A stretch of DNA of 64,000 nucleotides from Mayamaea pseudoterrestris (Eukaryota): assembly GCA_027923505.1 (NCBI GenBank), contig BROI01000027.1, forward strand, positions 1 to 64,000, given 5' to 3'. Position 1 is the first letter of the stretch; each line of letters begins with the position of its first letter. A model generated the notes under the pieces. It was not told where the DNA came from and ran no database searches. It was given only the letters and a program-made list of their open reading frames with translations. Below, piece after piece: positions 24,187-37,641 of the stretch. The position numbers and the translations under genes were made by a program.

Positions 24187-27100
24187 ATGACCGTCATTGA
24201 AGAAGAAGATCCTCCCATCAATGGACCCAATGTCACGCAAGATGACTTGGAGAACAATTGGCTCACCATCGGATTGAAGAGCATTTACAAACTGAAGACC
24301 GTCAGCAACGAGAAGTTCATGAAACTACCCGTCATCATCACCATCAAGTCACTCCTACCGGAAGGACGTTTACTCACGGAGCCATTCCTACTGCTCAACA
24401 TCAAGGACATCGAGACAATACTGAAGGAGGCCAAAACTCATATCATGGTCATTTGAACCATCACCTGCCTTCGTCAAAGGGCGTTGGAAGATCGCGACCT
24501 CACGGATTGGGCATCGCTCACATTCGCTGGACTCATCCGTGCGACTGAATCGGCCGATGAGACCCTATTCCACAACGACTTGAGTCGGATTCAATGAGTC
24601 GGCTCATCGGACATTCACAAGAAGTCCGAGGTGGAGAAGTACAAAGCTCGCATCCAAGTCGACACCAAAGCATACACCGAGTTCAAAGACGAGTACATAT
24701 TCCGTCAATGGTGACTCAAGACGCTCGCAACAGCCAAGAACCAAGGCTTTGAGCGAGTCTTCAATCCGGACTTTAAACCGGCAACACTTTCACCTGAAGA
24801 TCTCAAGGTATTCAAAGCGCAAGAAGCCACAGCATTCGACATCATCACGACATACTGCAAAGTCGTCAACTGCATCCCGATCATTCCTCGCCACAAGGAT
24901 GGATCGGCCCACAAGTGCTTCAAGGAAATGCACAAGATGTACTTGACGGGCAAGAACACCGAACGCGCAGCGCAGCGAGCCAAGTCAAGAGTCCACGACA
25001 TGAAACTGATGAACAACCATGGTAGCACATACACTGTGTGGTTCACTCAATAGGAGAATGCCTTGCTCGATTATGAAGATTACACCGGAGAAACGGTTCC
25101 CGACCCAACGCGCAAGAAGTGGTTGTCCGAGACGGTTTGCTGCAATGACGCCTTTCGCCAAGAAATCAGTTCGGCGAGTCGTATCCTCAACGCGCAAGGT
25201 CAAGATCAAAGCTTCGAAGACTGGTACAAGCAGCTCATCGAGTTCGCTCGCGATACCGACGACGTCAAAGCGGCACGCAAACGCCAAATGAAGATCCACC
25301 AATCCATCCAACAAGCGAGTACTCCACCGACCGGAGGCACTACACCGACTAGCGGCAACACTCCAAGCAGCAGCCAAGGCGGAAACGGTCGTGGAAATGG
25401 CAGCGGACGCGGAACCGGTCGCGGTTCTGGACGCGGCGGTGGACGCGGCGGCCGAGGTAACTTCGGACGAGGTGGTGGACGCGGACAGTGCACCAATCCT
25501 TCTGCAGCATCGAACCGTCGAGTCGAGCCGGATGTATGGTTCTCTTGGACGGAGGAGCAACGCGAAGCTCATAAGGCAGAAACTCGCCGAATCCGAGAAG
25601 CGGAACGTGCGCGCCTGCAGCTGAACGCAAGCCAAGCCAGCACGAACAACACTAATACACCACCAACTCCACAAATTCAGCTTCCACCGGCGAGTACGAC
25701 GGCGATGTCAACCATGTCGGCGATTACACAGCCTACAGTCGGAACTACACCAGCACGTGGAACCGCCATGCGCGCGTTTCAGTCTCAGCAACAAGGCTCG
25801 ATCGCTCAAGGAAGCCAGCCATCTACTCCACCAGTGTATCAAGCACGAGTCGGCGACGTTACATACAACATGTATCGTGCCAACGCAACCAACGTCACGC
25901 GTCGTTCTACAAACCATGTCGCTACACATAACGTATCCTACGCAGATGCGCTTATGGGTATGAATACTCCGGCAACCGAAGGGCCACACGCGTCACAGTT
26001 CCATGTCACTCGTGCAATTACGTCTCGAAGCCCGTCCATGATGGATCGCGGTGCCAACGGTTCGATCGCTGGTAAGGACATGATTTGCTTGGATCGATCG
26101 ACGACTCAGTTTGCCGACGTTACCGGAATTGACAATCACATGATGCAAGGACTACCCATCGGAACATTCGCCGCCAAGATCTGGACGACGGAAGGGTACG
26201 TCATTGGCATTTTCTACCAGTACGCCGACGGAGGAACCGACGCGACCATTCATTCAGTCGTTCAGCTCAAGGACTTCGGAAACAAGGTATTCGACAAGGC
26301 AAGCGCACTTGGCGGACGGCAGCTCATGATTACACCCGAAGGAGCATTGATCCCATTCACGGTCCAGAACGGTTTGGTCCATTTGAAGATGCATCATTTC
26401 ACCGACGCCGAGTTCGACACGTTGCCGCACGTCGTCATGACAGCAGACACGCCTTGGGATCCGTCAAAGTACGATGGAGACCTTAATGACGATTCGATCC
26501 AAGCGGAAATTGAAACCGCGACGGACGATCACGAAGCGCCAACACTACTAGTCAACAACACCCAAGTCAACGGAAACGCGCAAGACGAATATCCCGAAGA
26601 CCTTTCAGTCGAAACACTCAACGTCGTCTCATGGAACGGACTCGAAACCCACTGAAGGGAGCACTTCAGCGACGAGTCGGACCCTATGCAAGTCGAAACC
26701 GAGGGTCCATCCGAGCGCATTGCCGACATTGTACCCGACGACGCTTCTTACAACACGAACCCACAACAGGATGACATTTCACTACCCTCACTACTTTCAC
26801 GCGGAACCATATCGACATCCGGATCAAGCCATGCTCCGAATCCCAACGACGCAACGTTCGAATACGAAGACACTGCCGGGGAAATGTACGATCCGTACGA
26901 GCTGCAGGTCAATGCCGCAATTGTAGAAGCTGGAGGCAATCCATATTCTGGACTAGCCGGCCGACCGGCACGCACTGTGGTTCCTACGCGACCAGATTAC
27001 CAAATGCTTCGTCCCAACGATTTCTACCCACCGATCGTATCAAAGAGACTCTCAAGAACACTACCCAATTCTATCGCGCCGAGCAACGTTTTCCTCAGCG

Positions 27101-30100
27101 ACGCCATTTGCGTACTCGTTTCCCGGGTGCGAATGTTTGTCGACTACCTGAAGAAGTTGCAATGGACACACTATTCTCCGACACACCCGCACTCAACGAT
27201 GGTATTCCTGGACATGCCGGATGCCAAGCAGCGCAACTATACGTTTGCATGCAGAGCCGATTGATTCGCGTCTACCCGATGGCGAACAAGGGACAAGTTC
27301 CGTCGACGCTCATGCAGTTTATCAACGATTGCGGTGCTCCACTCGGTCTAATATCAGACGGAGCCAAGGAAGAAAACAGCCTAGCGATTCGAGAAATCGA
27401 ACGCCAGTTTATGATCCGTAAGCACTGGGTCAGCGAACCGGAAAACCAACAGCAGAATCCAGCGGAACGCGTTATCGGCGACGTCGAGCGCACTGTCAAT
27501 GTCAACATGGATCGAACCGGATCGCCTGCACCAACCTGGCTGCTATGCACTCTACACATCGTAGCTCTACTCGCCCTCATGTCCCAGTCACGTCTCGGTG
27601 GCATGACCCCATATCAAAAGGTATACAATGAAGTACCCGATATCTCTGCCTACCTCAACTACCACTGGTGGCAGCCCGTTCGATACAGCGCAAACTCTAC
27701 ATCGCTCAACCAAACCAATGAGCGCGCTGGACGTTTCGTCGGGGTAGCTGATAACGTCGGTGATGCTCTAACGTACTGGGTCTTGGACGAGGAAACACAT
27801 CAAGTTGTCGCCCGAAGCATTGTAACGGCTCGTCGAGACGATCTTAATCCAAACATCCGTCTTGATTTACCACAAGTCGAAGCTTCTCCCGAAGGCGACA
27901 TGTTCGTATACACCGAAGGTGGACTCCAAGAGAGCTTCCAACTCGGCACCCAAAGCTCCGAAGAAGAGGGGCTACCCACTGATGAACCCGTTCCTACTGA
28001 AACGGCCGACGACGGACCCGAGTTCTACTTCGGAGATGAACCATTCGTCGGAAGCAGTCCCTACCAGCGGCCGCCATCAGCCCGTCCTCAAGCGCATCCA
28101 CGCGGACCAATCGATTTACTACCTGCATTCTCACCTGAAGAACTTGTCAATCAAACGTTTACTTGGCATACTCAGGATGGGGAGCCCATGCGAGCCGAAA
28201 TCGTTCGCAAGCTCGAAACCATGGACGCAGCCAACCATCATAACATCAAGTTCCTACTCAAAATCGGCGAAAACGAAGCTGAAGAAGTCATCGATTACAT
28301 CCGACTCTGCGAATTGTTCGAAAAGGACCAAGCAGCAAAGGTAAACGATCCTGAACACAACTGGACGTTTAAAGCAATCCTATCGCACGAAGGGCCACTC
28401 ACAAAGCAATCCGACGGATGGAAAGGCTCCATGTATAACATCAAAGTCGTGTGGGAAGACAACTCAACGACTTGGGAGCCATTGAACGCTTTAGCACGCA
28501 ACGACATCATTTCCTGCGCTCGCTACGCCGAGGCGAACGGACTACTCAACAAGAAAGGCTGGAAGTTCCTACGTGACGCAGCCCGACGCGCACGTATCGC
28601 CCGTCGAACCGTAAACCAAGCCAAGCAACGACGCAGCATTCGACACAAGTTCGGCGTCAAGGTACCACGCGATCCAAAGGAAGCTCGAAAGTTCCAAGAA
28701 GAACTCCGGCATACCAAATGGACCGACGCAGAGAAGGTAGAGCTGTCAAGCCTGTTCGAATACGACACCTTCATTGATCTCGGATTGAATGCCGCGCCTC
28801 CCGAAGGCTATCAAAAGATTCGCACTATCTGGGTCTACGACTGCAAGCAAGACTTTCATCACAAGGCTCGGATGGTTGCTGGTGGACACCTTACTGATCC
28901 TGTCGACGACTCATACTCGAGCGTCGTTTCACTCGAATCGCTGCGCCTAGCGCTGGCGATAGGGGAGTTGAATGGACTCACTCCCATGGTAGGCGACATC
29001 GGAAATGCTTACCTCAAAGCCAAAACCAAAGAAAAGATTTACTTCATCGCTGGACCTGAGTTCGGCGACTTGGAAGGCCACACACTCATCATCTACAAAG
29101 CACTCTACGGCCTACGCACAAGCGGAGCACGATTCCACGAGCGGCTCGCGGACGCGCTATGAGCGGAAGGCTTCAAAGCCTCGTACGCCGATCCAGACGT
29201 TTGGATTCGCGATGCTGGCCATTGTTACGAATACATTTGCACTTACGTCGACGACCTTATGGCAATCATGATTGACCCGGGCGCATTCTACGACATTCTT
29301 CGCAACAAGTACAAGTTCAAGCTCAAGGGCGTCGGATGCCCAGAGTACCATCTAGGCGGCGACTTCGGACGCGACCCTGACGGAACATTATTCTGGGGCA
29401 CCAAGACCTACATCACCAAGCTTCTAGCCAACTACGAGCGTACATTCAACAGACCACCACCAAAGTACAGCTCTCCACTCGACTCTCATGACCACCCGGA
29501 ACTCGACCAGACGTCTCTTTTAGGGGAGTCGGACATTAAGATCTACCAATCGTTTGTCGGAGCCCTTCAGTGGGCGATCACCCTTGGCCGATTCGATATC
29601 TGCAGTGCCACCGCCTGCCTGTCACGCTTCCGCGGACAGCCTCGCATTGGACACCTCGACCGAGTCAAGCGTGTATGCGGCTACCTTCGCAAGTTTCCCG
29701 AGGCAGCCATCCGATTCACACCAGTGGCCGCAGAACGAAATCATCTTCGGCGACTCACCAACCTATGACTGGCAACAAACCGTCTACGACAACCCCAAGG
29801 AAGAGGTCCTTTCACTCTGGCCGAAACCAAAGGGCAAGACAGTTCGCCTTACTACCCTCAAAGATGCCAACCTGATGCATTGCAAAGTCACCGGCAAAGC
29901 ATGCACTGGAATCCTTCACTTCATTCAGCAGACTCCGTTCAAGTGGTTTGCCAAACTTCAAGATACCGTCGAACACGCGACCTTTGGCTCTGAACTCATG
30001 AGCGGACGCGTTGCAACCGACCATATCCTAGGCATACGCGTCACTCATGGCAATGGGTGTTCCCATCGAGTCCTCATCATGGCTACTCGGTGATAACCAA

Positions 30101-30496
30101 TCAGTCATCACGCAGTGTACAGTGCCTACATCCACACTCACCAAGCGCCACAATTCCCTCGCATATCACCGTATCCGGTGGTGTGTAGCAGCCGGAATTA
30201 TCAAGTTCGTCAAGATTGCTGGCAAGGAAAACGCTTCCGACGCTTGCAAATACCTACCCTACATCGACGCATGGCCCCTACTCAAACCATTACTGTTCTG
30301 GCGTGGCGAAACCTTGGATCCTGGAGAACTCGAATTCTACCTTATGGACCCGTCGCTGCCTCAAGGGGAGCCGACTCCAGGGGAGCTCATTGAGCTTACA
30401 CCTGTCCTGGCACACCTACAAGGGGAGTGTCACAATGACGATCTAGTCCAGTCGCTTGACGCGAACCTAGACGTCGCCGGGGGCGCACGAGCATAG
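24187..30496 (+). pseudogene. Family A CoDi-like Ty1/copia gag-pol (Gag-PR-INT-chromo-like-RT-RNase H), with stops and frameshifts
   Basis: Copia domain order: RGG-rich Gag; protease MDRGANG; integrase VAMDT / ISDGAKE / QNPAERV; VVWEDNSTTWEPL module; RT GDIGNAYL / KALYGLRTSG / YVDD; RNase H KDAN / GDNQS / NASD. In-frame stops at e.g. 24454, 26653, 29160. Confidence 0.93.
30420..30427 (+). promoter_or_regulatory. Polypurine tract, family A
   Basis: AAGGGGAG immediately before the 3' LTR. Confidence 0.85.
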
Positions 30497-30828
30497 TACT
30501 CGAACCTCCGTTGCGGTACCAGAAAAGACATCTACTCACAACTACGTCATTGAAATATTGCATGTGTGCCAGCCGCAGGCACGATTAAACAAGATTAGTA
30601 TTCACTATCGTGAATGGTCTTGAAAGAGCCATCTGATCAATCGCTCTTTCTCGACCGATCGTAAATCAACTCACTTTCTAGAGAACTGCTTAATCAATTA
30701 GCATTTTGTAGGATAAGACCCCTGTAGGATAAACCAAGGTAAAGGACTGATCATCCCACTCACTTGGAAACCGACTACAGAGGGTGAGGAATCGTTGCAG
30801 CCGTACGAACTGGAACTGCATCGTGTCA
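30428..30828 (+). repeat. Family A copia 3' LTR (401 bp)
   Basis: Direct repeat of 21597-21997, preceded by the PPT. Confidence 0.95.
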
Positions 30829-33651
30829 GAACACGACACAGTTATTCCGTGCATCGGCACACACCCCATTTCGCCAACACTTTAAGTCGCAATTCCCTGC
30901 CGCCAACGTGATTCGTTTCCACAACGATACGGCGACAGATACCTGGTTTTCCAAGGAAGCCGCCTTTAACGACGGAATCCGCGGCCATGGCTGATGCAAG
31001 ATGATGCAATTGTTTGTTGGCAAGAAGAGTTTGCTGACAAAGGGGTACCCACTGAGAACCGAGAGTGACATGCCCATGGCGCTCGAAGACTTCATTCGAG
31101 ACATTGGCGCTCCCAACTTGCTCATTAGCGATAACTTGCGAGTGCAGCTCGGGAAGCAAGTTGAAACCTTGTTGCGATTCTACGCGATTCGTGACCAACA
31201 GAGCGAGCCCGGATACCAGAACCAGAACCCTGCTGAGCGTCGCATCCAAGAAGTCAAGTCATCAGTCCAGAACATCATGAACCGTACGGGCGCACCTGCT
31301 GGAGCCTGGCTTCTATGCGCACTGTACGTAATCACCTTATTCAACAATCTGGCGACCGAGTCCCTCAACTGGAAGACCCCTACTGAAGCCGCCTTCAACC
31401 GAGTACCCGACATTTCGCCGTTCCTGCAGTTCAGGTTCTGGGAATGAGTCCTGTACGAAGCTGGAGCCGACGAGCCGCCAACATTTCCTCACACCAAGGA
31501 AGCAGCAGGACGCTGGGTCGGCATTGCAGAGAACAAGGGTGACATCCTCACATACCAAGTCCGATCCGATTGGACTGGAATGGTTGTTGTACAATCCAAC
31601 GTTCGTCCCTTCTCCGAAGGACGTAACCTACGCGCTGAAGCCGAAAGCGCTCCTGAACCCAAGTCCGAACAACCATTGTTCGCGGAACCTGTCTTCGACG
31701 CGCGCCCTGCACGTGAACGAGTCCAAGTCAAAACTGTCGACGAGTTTGACGATGAGTATGACCTAGCCAGTCCGGTGTTTGAACACAACCTTACACCGAC
31801 CCCAGCGCCTGATTCTGGGGGAACCGTGGATGAAGACTCATTCACATTGTAAAGCACTGCCGAGATAGCCAGTTTGGATCCCGACGGACCCATGCCATCC
31901 TTTACTCTGGCTGAACTGATGGGATGCACTGTCCTTCTTGACGAGGAAGACGGCTCCACGCGGCGTTACAAGGTTATCGAGCAACTGAACGATTGCGATG
32001 AAGCCAACCATAAGATTATCAAGTTCCGATTGAGCCTCGGTGACGGCGACGTCAACAAGCTTATTACCTACAACGAACTAGCCGACCTGTGCGAGCGGCA
32101 AGATTCTTTACGACTGGGGGACGATGACAACGACGACCAGTACTACAAGTTTGATTTCATTGACGGACATGAAGGTCCACTGACACAAGCCAACGCTACA
32201 TATCACGGCTCATCCTACAACTTGCTCATCCAATGGGCAAATGGCGAGAAGACCTGGGAGCCACTCGCATTGATTATCAAGTCCGACCCTGTTACCATTG
32301 CCGAGTATGGCAAGCGCAAGGGTATGCTGGACAAGGATGGATGGAAGCGCTTGAGGCGCATGGCAGGACGCACTAAACTGTTTAACCGCATGTGCAAGGC
32401 TACCGATGGAACCCTCTGCATGAGCGCAAAGCTTTCAAGAGTTTGGCTGTTCAAGTACTAGAAACCATGTTGGCGAAGGAAGCCACCGCGTCGACGAACG
32501 GGACCACCCTTGACCTGACGCCGAAGAGCTGGATGCCCGTGGCATTCAACAGTACCACTTTCTTATCGGTGCCCTCCAGTGGGCAGTGACTGTCGAACGC
32601 TTCACATTCATTGTTCCGACTGACGACTCGGCCCGACCGCGCCGGGGACACCTGACCGAGCCAGCGAGACTGCGGTTACCTAGCCCGGCGTTGTACTCTA
32701 TGCGAAGCATCGAACGATAGCACGAGCGAACTCACTACAAGTATGGCTGCGATGTCCACTCGAGGCCAAGAGCTTCCAAACAAGGACAATGCCGGTCCCG
32801 AGTTGGACCATTGAAGGCCATACCTTGGTCATCTACAGCGCACTTACTGGATTGCGCACTTCTGGCGCCGCGTTGGCATGGCACTTTGCCGAACCAGACG
32901 CCCGTCGAATGGTTCTGCAAGCGTCAGAATACTGTCGAGACTGCAACGTACGGATCCGAGTTCGTCGTTGCCAAGACCGCGACGGAACAGATTATGGATT
33001 TCCGATACTCCCTATGCATGTTGGGAGTACCTTTGAGTGGACCAGCCTGGATGTTCGGTGACAACGAAAGTGTCAAGAAGTCGTCAACTATCCCGCACTC
33101 CACACTTTCTAAGCGACACAATGCGCTCGCCTACCACCGAGTTCGCGAGGCCATTGCAAGCAATGTTTTGTACTTTGAACACATCTTTGGCAAGCAGAAC
33201 GTCGCCGACATTCTTACCAAGTTCTTGCCGCACGCCACGTTCCGCCCGTTGATCATTCCGATTCTTTTCTGGAAGGGTGATACGGCAAACCGATCGTTGT
33301 CACAAGCCTAGATCAAGGGGGATGACACAATATTATTGAGTTGAGTTGACCTGCGTCTCATGACAAGACGGTTAGCTACCTGTGTTTTGTATGCATTTAA
33401 TCCTGTGCAGGGTTGAGTCACACATGTGACCAAATCCTCACATACATGAGTGAAATCACTGACGATCGAGGCGTGAACCTCGACCGTGAACCCAGTGAGA
33501 ACGAGAAGGAAGCGCACGAGTAGAGTAGCGAGTAACATGCACTATTCTAGCAATTGAGTTTGTTTGTTTGCTTTACGCTGGACGAAGAGGTTGATCGCTC
33601 CTAGTCCATTGTAGTCGCTGGAATAAACGTTCGTCTGATATTATCGTGTCA
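30829..33651 (+). mobile_element. Family B copia 3' fragment (integrase, chromo-like module, scrambled/deleted RT, RNase H, PPT, 3' LTR)
   Basis: Homologous to ~51594-55227. Jumps at ~32400 from just before RT to late RT. Stops at ~30993, 31445, 31849. LTR at 33323-33651. Confidence 0.92.
33323..33651 (+). repeat. Family B LTR (329 bp)
   Basis: TGACACAATA...TATCGTGTCA after PPT AAGGGGGA; several substitutions relative to 48442-48770. Confidence 0.95.
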
Positions 33652-33699
33652 CTGGCATCCAATGTACTGAATGAACTATAAGGAGACAACAGGTCTGGT

Positions 33700-34010
33700 G
33701 CGGTATAACCATCAATGTGGAAGTTTGTAAAGGGTTGCCATGTCTGTCAAACGTGTAAGGTGACTTGACCGAAATATGGACATAAGCTGTTGCTTGAGGA
33801 GAACTTACATTCTTGGCACACACTTAGGTCTGCATGGATCTTATTGGTATTGAAAGGGAATTGAATGCTCTAAATTCATCAAGGTCCCAAAAGCACGGCT
33901 CAAACGGAAGCGCGGCTCTATCCTCAATCCGTTGTATTATACACAACCATGGAAGCGACTTTATAGGGAAACAGTTTAAAGAACTTGAACAATCATCGCG
34001 GCTATTCAGA
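33700..34010 (+). pseudogene. Relic Ty3/gypsy-type integrase fragment
   Basis: Pieces translate as FVKGCHVCQTCK, VCMDLIG and RCIIHNHGSDFIGKQFKEL. These match the gypsy integrase CxxC, (V)DLIG and HDNGGEF motifs in order. Confidence 0.55.
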
Positions 34011-34959
34011 TGGAGCAGCTTTACCAGGTACTACCAACCTATTATAGAGTGTCGTCTTAAACAATGACGGCTGGAGCAAATGAGCCAGCGTCAATAACCA
34101 CAAGGACATGGGGTTTGACTAGTGTCGGAGGAATAAACAGTTGGATCCATCGGGTATTAATTGGCCATCACAAGCAAAGCAAAGGCAGTTGATGCGGCTT
34201 TCAATTGAGTAGGACTAACTGTATCATCGTCATATGTTTGTAACAATATAACCTTGACAGTGCTAGGCATTAATCTTTGCAGTGCTTTGTTGCCAGTGCA
34301 GCTGCGGAAGGATGCAGTTGAATTGCCAATGATGCCTCTTTTTGGCCTTTGTTGATTGGTTTCAGGTCCCAGGCCTCGCTCTTGAAAATCCAATGGCTTG
34401 TTACTTGTAGTAGGCAATCACCACAAAGTGTCCAATACAAACACACATCAGTCCCGCCATGCTCTGTTCTGCTGCAAATGCATAGTTCACCACACCCCTA
34501 TACCCTTTATAGCTGGACCCATAGTAACAGTAACAGTGGTATTCCTTGGTGTCAGTTTGCCGAGTGAAGTCTGACACAAATGGGCAAGAAAAGCCTAATC
34601 AAAGCTGCATACAGTAATACAACAGACAGGACATATCATAACGCTTAGCTCGTTAAGGTGATAGGCGACGTTATCACGGGTCGGTGAGCCGATTTGGTTA
34701 CTCAACTACAGCTGTCGTTCATCTCCAATAGAAAGTTCTTGTCGACTCAGGAGCAAACTCTGCAACTAGACAAATAAAGTTACTGTGCCTTTGATACTTC
34801 CTAAATTACCTTAACAGTCTTCATAAAGCTTACAGAAGAAAAGATATTGACCACTAGTTAGTTTTCTGCCATTACAGCTAACGGTGCTTACGGGGACCAT
34901 GTTATTGACTGCACCCACTGCACAGAAAAGGAAGGCTCTCCTACCAATTATTTCTTGTA

Positions 34960-36060
34960 TCACGACACAAGAAATGGTTGCTGAATTGCTTCGGAGGGTT
35001 GGATGCAATCTTCAGGTTGGTAGGCCAGCATCTTGTTAATGAAATTGGCAAAATTGTCTTTCTCATTGGAATTCTCGCCGTTCTGTGCATCGCGAGCCGT
35101 AAAGACTTTGCGGAGATTTGAAATTGGATTCATGCATAGAACTAGCGACATAGTTTTTGACTCCGACAATGCGTTCAATGCATTTTTGCCTCCAGATTTT
35201 ACGGAACGGTGTTGCTGCCACTCCTCACTTTCCGGTTGCCCCGAAACATGGCAAAAGAATAGAAATTTAGTAATTCCAGTCTTTGCCAGCATTTGTGGCA
35301 GGCATTATGCCCAGAACTCTGGCAATAGTATGCATCTGATCAACAATGTCATTTCCCGGAAAAAGTGGGCCTCCTGGATGCAGCTCGGCTAGCGTGCACC
35401 CAAGACTCCACATGTCGATTGCACCACTATAAGGTGCCATATTTAGCAACACTTCTGGTGCCCAATAGTGACGCAATTGAACGTATGACTCCAGATGCTT
35501 GTCGGATGAACACATGACCATTCCAAAATCAAGCAATTTAATTTTAAAGCGCTTCTGTGGATCCCACAACATGATTTTCTCTGGCTTAGCGAAAAGCCCA
35601 ACGAACTGCCAACCTTTTTTTAATGGACCGCTCGTTTTAATTGGAGCGCTAAGTGTAAACTTTGGGACAGCATTTCAAACACAAGACATTGATTATCCCC
35701 GTGCATGAAGTGGACCAAGAGTTGAACTGTAGACATGACAATGACAGCGGCGTGAGATCAGAAAACAAATGTCACAAGCACAAACACTTTCTACAAAGCA
35801 CGTGAAAGCAGTCACTCTCATACCAAGGTGAACCTTTTTGGAAAATTCTTTCAACAAAGCAATATATACTTCCGTGACATTCTCATTCTTGAACTTGGAC
35901 AGTTTGATGGCCACATCCCACTGGATTTCCACATCCTGAGCCCAAACAACTTGACCATACAAACCCTTGCCAATTTGCTCAATGATCTTGAACCAATTAT
36001 AAATCAGCTTGCCGCATTGACTGTCATGATTCTTATTGTCCCTGTTGCTGTTGACTATGC
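34960..36060 (-). pseudogene. DYRK/YAK-family protein kinase pseudogene
   Basis: IGKGLYGQVV...DVAIK (subdomains I-II), KPEKIML...IKLLDFG, SYVQLRHYWAPEVLL (cf. YIQSRFYRSPEV), IDMWSLGC..AELH...PLFPG. The HCD catalytic loop is missing and frames are broken. Confidence 0.85.
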
Positions 36061-36409
36061 TCCTTTCTGCGACAGCTCCGATTGCAGTAGATCGAAACGA
36101 TACAGATGCTTGCTGTTGTTGATGCTGCAGCTCAGGCTGCGGAATAGCTCATCCTGCTTTTTGGAGTTGTCACAATTCTCATTGTCCCCGTTGCTGTTGG
36201 CTGTGCTCCTCTCTGCAGCAGCACCAATCGCAGTAGATTGAAATGATACAAATGCTTGCTGTCCATGATGCTGCAGCTCAGGCTGTGGGAATAGCTCATC
36301 CTGCTTTTTTAAGTTTAATGCATTGCTGTGCTTGCTCGTTTCCATTAAAGCAGATGGGCAAGTCAGAGCAGATGGCAGTTGATGATTCAAAATTGGGGGA
36401 CGAACATCA

Positions 36410-37641
36410 TATGGCACTCCTGGTTGCTGCATGTCCCAGCTCTGGCAGCACGTCCAGGGCATCCCCAAGATACCTCTCAAGGATGGACTCGATACATGCC
36501 CCACCTGCCAACAGGCTAAGCTGACTTGTGCCACCCGCGGTCATGACGACTTTAGCCGTGCGACCGTTCCCTTTCAAGGCCTTTCCATCAAACTCCAACC
36601 GGGTCCGCAATCTTACCAGCGTAAACGGCGAGACCTGCTACTGTTTGATTGAAGACCATTACTCTGGCGCCCTGTTCACGCACACTTTTTTGTACCAAAG
36701 CACCACCCATCGCGTATCTCGACAAGTTTCTTGCTGCTCACAACCCAGGAGATGGATGTGATCGCTACGTCCGCTTTGACCTAGGTGGCGAGCTGGGCTG
36801 ATGCACGGCGCTTGTGGAACTGTTCACCACTGCTGGCTATGCTGTCGAAACCACTGTACCTGATTTGTCTCATCAGAACGGCCCCATCGAGCGGCCTCAC
36901 CGGTCCTTTGCCGCTGGAGTACAGACCTTCGTAATTGGCGCCACCCATGAACCAAAATACTGGCCGTACGCACTACATCATTATCTGCGTGTCTTTAATG
37001 CCACCATGCCTCGTGGCGATGACTGCAAGACTCCTTTTGAGCTCTGTGCTGGCCATCAGCCTGACATAACACATTTCAAAAGGTTTGGCTGTCGCCTCTA
37101 CGCTCTGCCCAGCCACGGTCACTCCACCAAGACATTGAACGAAGCTCGCACTGGTGTCTTCCTTGGGTATGCCCGTACCACAAACAATGCATTATATCTT
37201 GACCTCGCTAATGGCCAAGTAAGAACATGCCAGCATGCCGCCTTTGATGAGTCCTTTATCAATCTGCCATTCCATCTTAAACCTCCCAATGCTCGACGCC
37301 TTGATGCCCTTTGCGACTACACAGAAGACCCCAACAAGGTGCTTCTCATTGATCCTACTGACCTTGATCAGGCACTCCTCAAACTCGACATTTTTACCAC
37401 ACATGTTCTATACGACCACCTCTATTACCCTCCCCTTGCGCAACGGAACCGTTGCAGGCCATACGTTTCCGCTATTCATGCCCTTCATTCTACTCAGTTT
37501 TGCAGCCTCCCGGCGTTCCGCAAGAAATTTGTCGGTGCCTACGTTGCCGCTGTTAATGGCACCGTTGACAACGTCCATACTCAGCTCGCAATCCTTGCCA
37601 CCGCCGCCCTCCACACCGGCGTTACACTGGAACTGGCTCCC
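36410..37641 (+). mobile_element. Family C copia relic, integrase part
   Basis: QHVQGIPKI...CPTCQQAKL (pre-integrase/CxxC), YVRFDLGGEL, HQNGPIERPHR, FGCRLYALP...TGVFLGY; stops and frameshifts. Confidence 0.85.
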
